From NCBI GenBank assembly GCA_963669175.1, contig OY769902.1, positions 2,496,001-2,560,000 of the forward strand: a stretch of 64,000 bases of DNA, given 5' to 3'. This document shows, piece by piece, positions 55,884 to 64,000 of the stretch. Every line of letters begins with the position of its first letter. Position 1 is the first letter of the stretch. The notes below the pieces were generated by a model. It ran no database searches. It saw only the letters and a list, made by a program, of their open reading frames with translations, and had not been told where the DNA came from. The stretch is from a bacterium. Its GTDB lineage: Bacteria > Electryoneota > Electryoneia > Electryoneales > Electryoneaceae. The translations under genes and the position numbers were made by a program.

Positions 55884-56741
55884 ATGAAGGTCAAGCGCAT
55901 CATTTTTACCATTGTCGCACTGCTGGTGATTGCGATTGTCGGACAGTTCCGTTTCATGACGCTGTTCATCACCAACCCCGGCGCGAAGCATTTTCCTACT
56001 ACCAACAACCTGACCGAGGCGGTGTCAACGCTGATTAACGGTATCGAGACACGGTTGGCGAATACTCCCGCTACGGCCGGCGACGTTATCAATGGACGAA
56101 TGTTTGTCACGTATGACGGAGAAGAGCTGAAAACTCCAATCGTGTTGGACTCGGCGCTGGAGTTGAGTGTACGTGACCAGTTGGCCGGGTGGCGTGCCAG
56201 CAAGGCGATGGAGGACTTCCGTCAGGCGCATCACGCGATTACGTCGGGCGATCGTGCCTATATCCTCAGCGGGCAGGTACGTTTCAGCGGAGACAAGAAA
56301 CTGGTCTACGCTTACCTGACATCGTTGGAGTATTTTCACAACGTCGCCCCGGTCTGGACAAAGGATATCGTTCAGAACGGGATGCTGGATTATTTCATCG
56401 GGGATCGTGGGATGTTCCTGAAGGGACGCCCCCTCAGCTTCAATATCCTGCAGGAATCAACCGGGCAGAAGACACAGATTTTTACTCAAAATGTTGATGC
56501 CGATGAAACGGTTGAGACGATTGTAAACCGACCGTTCCGTCATATTCAGGGTATGGCCTTGTCGCTTGAAGGAACGCCGACACTGGATGGCGCCGTGAGC
56601 AAAAGTGCGAACTTCATGCTCATCCTGGCGGCGGTGCTGGTGATTGTGCTGGTGGTTCTGTACATGATGGATGCACGGAAGAAGACGGCGAAAGAGGCAA
56701 CGCCATCAGAATCGACGGCAAAAGAGACGACAGAACAGTAG
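55884..56741 (+). CDS. Hypothetical membrane protein (N- and C-terminal TM segments)
   Basis: ATG 55884 follows GGAGG; two hydrophobic segments bracket a soluble domain; no family recognised. Confidence 0.65.
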   Translation: MKVKRIIFTIVALLVIAIVGQFRFMTLFITNPGAKHFPTTNNLTEAVSTLINGIETRLANTPATAGDVINGRMFVTYDGEELKTPIVLDSALELSVRDQLAGWRASKAMEDFRQAHHAITSGDRAYILSGQVRFSGDKKLVYAYLTSLEYFHNVAPVWTKDIVQNGMLDYFIGDRGMFLKGRPLSFNILQESTGQKTQIFTQNVDADETVETIVNRPFRHIQGMALSLEGTPTLDGAVSKSANFMLILAAVLVIVLVVLYMMDARKKTAKEATPSESTAKETTEQ

Positions 56742-56785
56742 TTTTCGGTATTTCACGCTGATTAGTAGATGTAGTAGCAGGGCAG

Positions 56786-57220
56786 CGAGATCCCCGGTTT
56801 ATCCGCTGTCTCTTACTCACATCTTCGTGTTTCTGCCACCCCAGAGGGGGTGGTATATTTTAGCGTAGGGTTGACGCTGTCTGTTTAGCGTCTACCCTAC
56901 GAAAAAGATCAAACCTTATCTCAACCCTGGAAGGGTTGCATAACGTATAATTTACACCCAATTGGTTTGTATAGAATATAAAATGCGTTATTTCCTGTAT
57001 TTATTGAACGTACTAATATGAATCGCGTATTATGCAACCCTTCCAGGGTTGATTATTCGTTAGAATACCTGACATAGTGTACAGGCCAAACAGACGGCCT
57101 GTACACTATGCTAAAATAGGGAATCCCGCCGGGATTCTAAAAATGCTATGTCCACAACTCTTTTACTGATACAGCTTTCAGAAGATGTGGGTAAGAGACA
57201 GGGTTTATCCGGGGATCTCG
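56786..57220. repeat. Nested multi-hairpin palindromic element between convergent genes
   Basis: Outer IR 56786-56826 / 57181-57220; inner TCAACCCTGGAAGGGTTGCATAA copies in inverted orientation (~56922 and ~57030). Confidence 0.8.
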
Positions 57221-57289
57221 TGTTATCAATAGACTCGTACCCTTCCGGCCATTCATGGCCGGGCTACCTGATGTTTCCAACCTTACCGG

Positions 57290-60187
57290 TTATTTCAACA
57301 GCAATACACGCTGTACCTGTGTAGTGGCGCCTGTTTTCATCACGATAAAATAGGCGCCATTGGCATACTCACGAGCGTTCCAGGTGATGCGGTGTGTACC
57401 AGCATCAAGGGGTGTTTGATCTATCAGCACTGCTACCCGTTGACCTAGAAGGTTGTACACATAAAGGTTGACCTGCGTCGAAGTTGCCAGTTCAAGCACA
57501 AGAGTGGTGGTCGCATTGAACGGATTTGGATAGGCTGATGCCAGACGTGTTGTCATTGGGAGGGAACCAGGTTTCTCCTCCGTGGAATTCATAGCGTACC
57601 CGGCCAGCTCGAGGGTACGTGGGCTGTTCAGATTTGGGTCATTATGATACAGGGATAGTGTGTTTCCAGTGAGTTCCATTTCATTTGCCGGTGCCCAGTA
57701 AACGAGGACAGTGTCTGTGTCGCCGGGCGCCAGTACAAATGTGGTCGGTTCCCACCAGAGTACTGAATCGGGCAATAAACAAGCCAGGCTGTCAATGCTC
57801 AGCGTGCAATTCCCTTCGTTGGCCACCCGTACCATCTGCGGTGGAATGCTGTCGCCAATGGTGATTTCTCCAAAATCGAGCAGGGTATCAAAGATGTGCA
57901 AGCAGGGCGCCTGGTAGGGACGATAATAGCGTCCGATGTCCGAAATAGTATCGTCCGGATCGAAGGGAAGCGCAGGATCACCGGCATTAATACAGGGTGA
58001 ACCGGCCTGGAGATGAACATCGCCATGTTCCGGATCTACCAGTAAAGGATTCAGGCTCAGGTTCCCGTATGCATCACACGAATCCCCATTCACATTGACC
58101 GTGGTTCGAAGGCCCATTCCATCCGGCAGGATACCGTTAAAATCGCTTTCTTCACTGTCCCAAACCAGCGAATAGGTGACTGCTGCATCGTCGCTTTCTT
58201 CGATAAAGATCCCAACCGGATCACTGGCGGCCACAAGGGTACTATTCACAAGAGCATCTGAATCATTGAAGATGTGTACACCACCAGCGCCTGTACCGGC
58301 TGAATTATCATACAAGGTAGTATTCGTTACTTGCATGCTTGAGTTGCGGATGTTGATGCCGCCGCCCCCAAGATCAGCATGGTTGCCTGAAAACACGCTC
58401 CTGGTCGTTGTTCCCTGGTCCTGGTAACAATACATGCCGCCACCGTACCAGTCGGCATAATTATCACGCACAAGGGTGCCAGTCAGGGTCACATCGGCTG
58501 AGTTGGCGTAGATTCCTCCTCCAAACGAGGACGCATTATTCTGAATGATACAATCAATGATTTTCGCATCAGCGCCGTTCATGCAGTAGACACCACCGCC
58601 ATCCAACTCGCCATAATTGTCTGAAATGACGCACCGTTCAATATGCGCAGCAGCATCCTGCATCAGGTTGAAAGCGCCACCACGTTGCGAAAGGCTGATA
58701 TTGTGTGACAGCCTGCTGTCGAAGATTCGCGGCGAAACCTGATAAGCCTGGATTGCGCTGGAACGACTTTCCGTAATCACGCAATACTGGAAAAGGGTGC
58801 TGTCCGATGCGCCTGAACGCATATCGATACCTTCCCAACCGAGTGTGCCCGTGTCAGTAAAGATGATGCTATCACCCGGAGCGCCATTGGCACGCAACTC
58901 TCCATTTATAACCAGCGCCCCTTCTTCTGCAAAGCGGAAAATGGAGCCGGATTCCAGTGTCAGGGTGTTGTTCGCGGGAACCGTGATACTGTCGGCAATG
59001 AGATAGTTGGCGGCTTCAAGCGCGCCGGATTGTTCCCCTGACAAACGAACCTGTGGGAACCATGTCGAGCCGATTTCCACAACCGTACTGTCAGGATCCT
59101 GGGGGAGTTCAGGATCACCAGCGTCAACTGCCGGGCTGGCCCATATGGGCATCAAGTCATTTGCCTGTGGATTTGTCAGCAAGGGGGGAAAAAACAGGTT
59201 ATGGAACACATCACAGGAATCCCCCAATGCGTTTACCTGGTTCACTTCACCGAGCATCGCGGGAAGGAGATCTTCGCCAAGAAGATCGCCACCTTCGTTT
59301 CCGTAAAACAAGTTGTAGCGCACAATTCCGTCAAATGGGGCTACATATACTCCAAATCCTCCATTGATGTTTTCCAGGAAGATATTGTTCACAAGTTCCG
59401 GTCCGAAATGAAAACTGAGCATTCCACCACCCATTTCACCAGCAATGTTCTGGTAAAATGTACAATTGGTCACTGTTGGCGCGGAGGCGTATGCGTAGAT
59501 CCCACCGCCAAGGTAGGTTGCCTGGTTGCCGACAAAAGTGCAGTGCTCAATGATTGGTGTGCTGCTTGTAGTGTAGATGCCACCGCCAAAACTGGTTACT
59601 CCACCTTCAATCCAGCAATGATGAATGTGGGCTGAGCTGTACTGGTAGATGTAGATGTTGCCCCCGTCCAGGTTGCCTTCATTGTTGCGCAACGTACACC
59701 ACGCGACTTCCGGCGAAGAAGAATTGCGGATGGAGATGGCGCCCCCACGAATCTGACCTGGATTATTCTCAAGAGTACAATGAGTTATGGTAGCATAGAC
59801 TTCATCAATATCTATGGCGCTGGTGTGAGAAGCGGTGATGTAACAATAACTGATAATGGATGAATCCGTGGCTGATGACGTGATGTCAATTCCACCCCAC
59901 GTTTCATCGTGAAGACCTCCCAGGAAGTAGATCGAGTCTTCTTCGGTGCCAATCGCACGCAAAGTTCCGCTTATCCCGAACCCCTGACCGGATGCAAAAT
60001 GAAAAACGGCTCCAGGTTCAATGACAAGAGTTTGCCCGGATAGCACGAAGATTGAATCTGTCACGACATATGTGGTGTCCTGGAGAGTTCCTTCTAATGG
60101 GCCAGCCAGTTCCAACTGTGACCAGGCTGTTGTGATCAAACCAAAGCTCAACAGGATAGACAAGTATAGTTTTCGGGGTACAAACAT
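57290..60187 (-). CDS. Secreted right-handed beta-helix protein (duplicated module) with Ig-like domain and C-terminal sorting domain
   Basis: GGAI/GGGIY + FxxN repeats; module repeated twice (QLELAGPLEG... / QVRLSGEQSG...; SPAVDAGDP / SPCINAGDP); LDFGEI Ig domain; YPNPFNA CTD. Confidence 0.85.
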   Translation of the reverse strand: MFVPRKLYLSILLSFGLITTAWSQLELAGPLEGTLQDTTYVVTDSIFVLSGQTLVIEPGAVFHFASGQGFGISGTLRAIGTEEDSIYFLGGLHDETWGGIDITSSATDSSIISYCYITASHTSAIDIDEVYATITHCTLENNPGQIRGGAISIRNSSSPEVAWCTLRNNEGNLDGGNIYIYQYSSAHIHHCWIEGGVTSFGGGIYTTSSTPIIEHCTFVGNQATYLGGGIYAYASAPTVTNCTFYQNIAGEMGGGMLSFHFGPELVNNIFLENINGGFGVYVAPFDGIVRYNLFYGNEGGDLLGEDLLPAMLGEVNQVNALGDSCDVFHNLFFPPLLTNPQANDLMPIWASPAVDAGDPELPQDPDSTVVEIGSTWFPQVRLSGEQSGALEAANYLIADSITVPANNTLTLESGSIFRFAEEGALVINGELRANGAPGDSIIFTDTGTLGWEGIDMRSGASDSTLFQYCVITESRSSAIQAYQVSPRIFDSRLSHNISLSQRGGAFNLMQDAAAHIERCVISDNYGELDGGGVYCMNGADAKIIDCIIQNNASSFGGGIYANSADVTLTGTLVRDNYADWYGGGMYCYQDQGTTTRSVFSGNHADLGGGGINIRNSSMQVTNTTLYDNSAGTGAGGVHIFNDSDALVNSTLVAASDPVGIFIEESDDAAVTYSLVWDSEESDFNGILPDGMGLRTTVNVNGDSCDAYGNLSLNPLLVDPEHGDVHLQAGSPCINAGDPALPFDPDDTISDIGRYYRPYQAPCLHIFDTLLDFGEITIGDSIPPQMVRVANEGNCTLSIDSLACLLPDSVLWWEPTTFVLAPGDTDTVLVYWAPANEMELTGNTLSLYHNDPNLNSPRTLELAGYAMNSTEEKPGSLPMTTRLASAYPNPFNATTTLVLELATSTQVNLYVYNLLGQRVAVLIDQTPLDAGTHRITWNAREYANGAYFIVMKTGATTQVQRVLLLK

Positions 60188-60626
60188 GCTTTCTCCTTAC
60201 CATTTTCATTCTAAAGCTAGTTTATTCATCCTGTTGTTTCAAACAGAAGACTTCGGTTTCCTGCTAATAACCGAGCACAATCAATGAACGTATAGCGGGA
60301 GAAGTTCTACCACCTCTGATATACGCTGTGCCTTCTCTAAGTGATGCTCGGAAATAATGTATCATCTTCACTATTGAACGCTAGTTCTATAGGAATTCCT
60401 GAATGTTTTTGCTGATTCGAATAGTTATCAGCCTGCTAAAGCCCGCTGAAATTGTCAAATGGCAGATATACATGGCAGATATACGATAATCTAAATCCAT
60501 GAAATATCAGGGCTAAACAGACGGGATACCGCAAGCTTCGGTTCCCATCCTCGACCACTGCTTTCGGGGACAGGCTCTTCGTGAGAATAAATACTTCGTA
60601 CTCATGAGATATCCGGGTTAGAACGG

Positions 60627-60662
60627 AAAAAAGCGGGTGACCGTGAATCACGATCACCCGCT
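60627..60662 (-). terminator. Intrinsic terminator
   Basis: Minus strand AGCGGGTGATCGTGA-T-TCACGGTCACCCGCT-TTTTT. Confidence 0.85.
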
Positions 60663-60706
60663 GAAAAGTCTTTTCTACTGCCATCGAGGGCAGTTAGTCA
60701 CACTAT

Positions 60707-63700
60707 TTATTTCATCAGGACCATCTTGCGTACGAGCTGGTTGCCATCATGCTCGAGACGGTAGAAGTAGGTGCCTGAAGCGACCTGGCGGCCACCAAAA
60801 TCGGTGCCGTCCCAGGTAATCATGTGACGGCCGGCATCAAAGGTGCCGTTCACAAGCTGCTTCACCTGGCGTCCCAACACGTCGTAAACCGTAAGGCTCA
60901 CGTTCATGTTGTTCGGCAGGAAGAAACCGATCTGGGTTGACGGGTTGAACGGGTTCGGATAGGCTGCGCTCAGTTCCCACTCCTGTGGGGTAGCTGCTGT
61001 CAGTTCCTCACCAACACCAGTCCACAACGGAATACGCTGACCGTAGATATTGATCAGGAATTCCTTACCGGTTGCGCGCAAGTCCTGCCATGTTGCGAGG
61101 GCGCCATTCTCACCATCGCTGGCCAGATCAATAATGCTCTGGATATGGTAAGCATCACACAGGATGCCGCCATCCATTTCCTGGTAGCCATCTTCCGTTA
61201 CGACAGTACCATCGGACCGGATATGAGTCGCATACAGATCAATATGCGAAGCGCCGGCAGCGGATTCCCAGGCAAAGCTTGCACCGACCTGGTTATCAAC
61301 AATCAACCGCGGACGCTGCTTATCGTATGCGTCTGCTGTGAGCTGCTTCCCATCAGCCGGTGTCATCTGCGGTTCACCATTGACATTAAACCATTGTGCG
61401 TAAATGTCGTTTGTTTCGTTACGAGTATCTTCCCAGACCAGCCAGATATAGTTGCCATCCAACGCCTGGAGTTCGAAATTGAACTGCGACGCCTCGTTGT
61501 CAATCAACAGACGACCATTCTCTTCCCAACGGAGTGTACCATCAGCATTGATGATCTGACCGTAAAGGTTAATGTCTGTAGTGCTGACGCGCTGATCTTC
61601 CCAGACAATCAGGATACCGTCATTGACGATAGCCACCTGGGCATTGGACTGACGACGTTCCACGGTACAAATATCAACAACATACTTCACCGAGTCATCT
61701 ACTGTGGAATAGATGGCTGCATGCAAGTCTGTGTTCCCTGCACCGGCATTGCGCTGATAAACCATCAGGATGTCGGAGTCTTCGTTGTCGAAATAGCTAA
61801 AGGCTTCGACACGATTGTCGCGGCTGTCTTCTGTGATCCAGATGCCGTGGCTGTCTTCTTCACCCGGCCAGCCAATGGTGCCATCAGAATCGATCTTCTC
61901 CAGCTTGACATTCATGATGAAGCCATCGCTTTCCTCATCATGGAATGAATAAAGCCCACCTTCAGGGCGCGCCAGAAGGCTTGGACGATACTGACCGAAG
62001 AACTCGTTGGGTTCAAAGGCAAGACCTTCATCGGACCACTGCAGTTCACCGTCAGCATTCACGTACTGGAACGCCAGCACTGTGGAATAGGGGGCACGAC
62101 TGTCTTCCCAACCGGCATAGAAACCACCGTTGCCGTCCGGGATAATGGCGAGCGAGTCAACTGAAACTGCACTGACTTCATCACCGGCGAACGGGTAACG
62201 TGGGATCAAGCTCATGCCGTTGTCTTCCAACAACGCTTCACCACTCGCTTTGTCTATCTTCTGCATGAAGGGAACACGACCCAGGCTGCCCCAACGGCCA
62301 TCTACCCATGCGAGCCAGGCATAATCCGAATAATCCGGATCGTAAATAATTGATGGCGTCTTCGCATTGCCGTCAATACCGAACACAATCTGAACACCAT
62401 TGTCATCCAGAAGTGTAGATCCCGATGTCATGGAAACATACTGGTAATACAAACCGGGACTTCCTCTACGGTAGTCTTGCCAGACAACAGCGAAATTGTC
62501 ACCGACCACACGGCCAATCTCGCCATTCTGCGGCTGGATTGCATCACAAATGACGATTCCATTCGGGTCGCCCCATACCGGATCACCATCTACATCAAGT
62601 CGCTGTGCGAAGATATTCTGGATGCTTTCATTGCCATCACGTTCATCTTCCCACACGAATACAGCGCCGCCTGAACCATCCGGGCTGAGACGAACAACTT
62701 CCTGGTTGTCAGTTGCGTCGCAAAGCACAGTGCCACGGTTTTCCGAACCATTCGCACCCCAGTTCAAGACCAGCGCATTGTCCTGACCAAGGCTCAAACG
62801 CTGTGCATGAAGATCATAAATCTGATCATTGACCCGGGTTTCAGTCCAGACGATGATAGCTTCGCCTTCACCGGAATTGACAATACGAACGTCAGCAGGA
62901 TCCATTGCAGTGGAATCCGCATGTTCATAAACGACCAATTCGCCATCTACGGTCCAGTCGACTGTTCCGTCAGCCTGGACATGCTGGCCATAAATATCGG
63001 GGTTGTTTACATCCCGCTGATCACGCCACATGAAATAGGCGCCGCCGAGACCATCTGGCGCCATCCTGAATTTACCCTGGTCGCCTTCTGAGATGCAGAT
63101 CGGAATACCGCTGCTATCGGCCCAAACCAGTTCACCATCGGCATTAATACGGTTCGCGTACAAACCCGCATTATTGGGATTCCGTTCATCAACCCAACCA
63201 GCAATAATACCACCATTGCCGTCTGTATCAGCAGTATAAAGAATACTCTCAATATTACCCTGGTTTTCCGGGCCACCGGCAAGCATGTTGCCGTTTTCGT
63301 CCCAGTCAGGATCCGGCGTACCATCAGACTGCATGTGCATGGCATAGATATCGCCGTTGGAGTTACGGTTCGTAACCCATACAGATACCGCACCGCCTTC
63401 ACCATCATCAAAGGACTGCACCGCGATTTCAACTGTGCCTTCGATCGCGCAGACCGGTACACCACCGTAATCTGGATCGCCTACCGGCCACAGGATGTTG
63501 CCATCCATGTCAATTTTCTGCATGAAGACATCACCATATTCGAGGATGTCATAGTCATAGCGATAGTCAATCCATGTGAGAATCCAATTGCCATCACTGG
63601 TCGGCATCACATGAGGATCTTCCTGACGAGTAACTGGCATCTGTGCAATGAGGACACCTTCATCTGCCCACTGCGCTGTGCCCGATTCGTCAATCAGTTG

Positions 63701-63934
63701 TGCGTAGATATCACGGTCGCCACTACGTGTATCTGACCATGCTACCAGGGAATAACCGTCACCGTTCACATCACTACTCGTCATGCTGCGGAACCATTCC
63801 ACATGATACCCTTGGCGATATGGAACACCGTTTTCCGGATCCCATTCGCGAGGTGCGTACTGTGCCACAGCCATACCGACAACACCAAGAATCAGCGCAA
63901 CGAGCAGGATCCCGCGACCCATGCTGGTTCTCAT
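60707..63934 (-). CDS. Secreted repeat protein (probable beta-propellers) with FlgD-like/T9SS-type C-terminal domain
   Basis: Many W.D.R...DIYAQ.I...G...W...G repeats; YPNPFNP...WDGTD..G..VASGTYFY; ATG 63934 follows GGAGG. Confidence 0.85.
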   Translation of the reverse strand: MRTSMGRGILLVALILGVVGMAVAQYAPREWDPENGVPYRQGYHVEWFRSMTSSDVNGDGYSLVAWSDTRSGDRDIYAQLIDESGTAQWADEGVLIAQMPVTRQEDPHVMPTSDGNWILTWIDYRYDYDILEYGDVFMQKIDMDGNILWPVGDPDYGGVPVCAIEGTVEIAVQSFDDGEGGAVSVWVTNRNSNGDIYAMHMQSDGTPDPDWDENGNMLAGGPENQGNIESILYTADTDGNGGIIAGWVDERNPNNAGLYANRINADGELVWADSSGIPICISEGDQGKFRMAPDGLGGAYFMWRDQRDVNNPDIYGQHVQADGTVDWTVDGELVVYEHADSTAMDPADVRIVNSGEGEAIIVWTETRVNDQIYDLHAQRLSLGQDNALVLNWGANGSENRGTVLCDATDNQEVVRLSPDGSGGAVFVWEDERDGNESIQNIFAQRLDVDGDPVWGDPNGIVICDAIQPQNGEIGRVVGDNFAVVWQDYRRGSPGLYYQYVSMTSGSTLLDDNGVQIVFGIDGNAKTPSIIYDPDYSDYAWLAWVDGRWGSLGRVPFMQKIDKASGEALLEDNGMSLIPRYPFAGDEVSAVSVDSLAIIPDGNGGFYAGWEDSRAPYSTVLAFQYVNADGELQWSDEGLAFEPNEFFGQYRPSLLARPEGGLYSFHDEESDGFIMNVKLEKIDSDGTIGWPGEEDSHGIWITEDSRDNRVEAFSYFDNEDSDILMVYQRNAGAGNTDLHAAIYSTVDDSVKYVVDICTVERRQSNAQVAIVNDGILIVWEDQRVSTTDINLYGQIINADGTLRWEENGRLLIDNEASQFNFELQALDGNYIWLVWEDTRNETNDIYAQWFNVNGEPQMTPADGKQLTADAYDKQRPRLIVDNQVGASFAWESAAGASHIDLYATHIRSDGTVVTEDGYQEMDGGILCDAYHIQSIIDLASDGENGALATWQDLRATGKEFLINIYGQRIPLWTGVGEELTAATPQEWELSAAYPNPFNPSTQIGFFLPNNMNVSLTVYDVLGRQVKQLVNGTFDAGRHMITWDGTDFGGRQVASGTYFYRLEHDGNQLVRKMVLMK

Positions 63935-64000
63935 CTCAACCTCCTGCAATGTGTTCAAACCTATTTTCAAGGAATCTCGTTTCTTGCCTGCAAATGTTGT

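Overview
64 kb of bacterial chromosome. Four large secreted proteins ending in a YPNPFN-type (T9SS/FlgD-like) sorting domain, plus the dcw gene order, suggest an FCB-superphylum organism (inference). Left arm (1-24 kb): housekeeping and accessory genes, including a PPIase, an RmlD-like SDR, a macrodomain flanked by two paralogous Zn-ribbon ORFs, miaB, an ABC-F ATPase, a NatB-like permease, YihY, an MtaD-like amidohydrolase, an S8 peptidase, an LMW-PTP, a DUF3857/transglutaminase pair, a NarL regulator, and AGCS and NSS transporters. Centre (24.3-41.1 kb): a dcw operon with a clear sigma70 promoter and MraZ boxes that cleanly lacks mraY and murG and ends in an FtsZ with a ~260-aa acidic N-terminal extension and a (GN)n linker. 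Right arm (41-64 kb): a mostly minus-strand accessory region (Ig-repeat/pseudo-GH16 protein, FRG protein, carboxyltransferase, lipoprotein pair plus beta-barrel, beta-helix and repeat proteins) interleaved with several families of nested palindromic repeats. Best leads: (1) a Met-Ile-Asn uORF whose stop region pairs with the ABC-F Shine-Dalgarno, a candidate antibiotic-sensing translational attenuator; (2) the mraY/murG-less dcw cluster and its extended FtsZ; (3) a three-copy structured element lying 3' of minus-strand genes; (4) a lipoprotein pair with a swapped variable insert next to an outer-membrane barrel. No rRNA, tRNA, CRISPR array, transposase or integrase was recognised. All calls are by eye; no searches were run.
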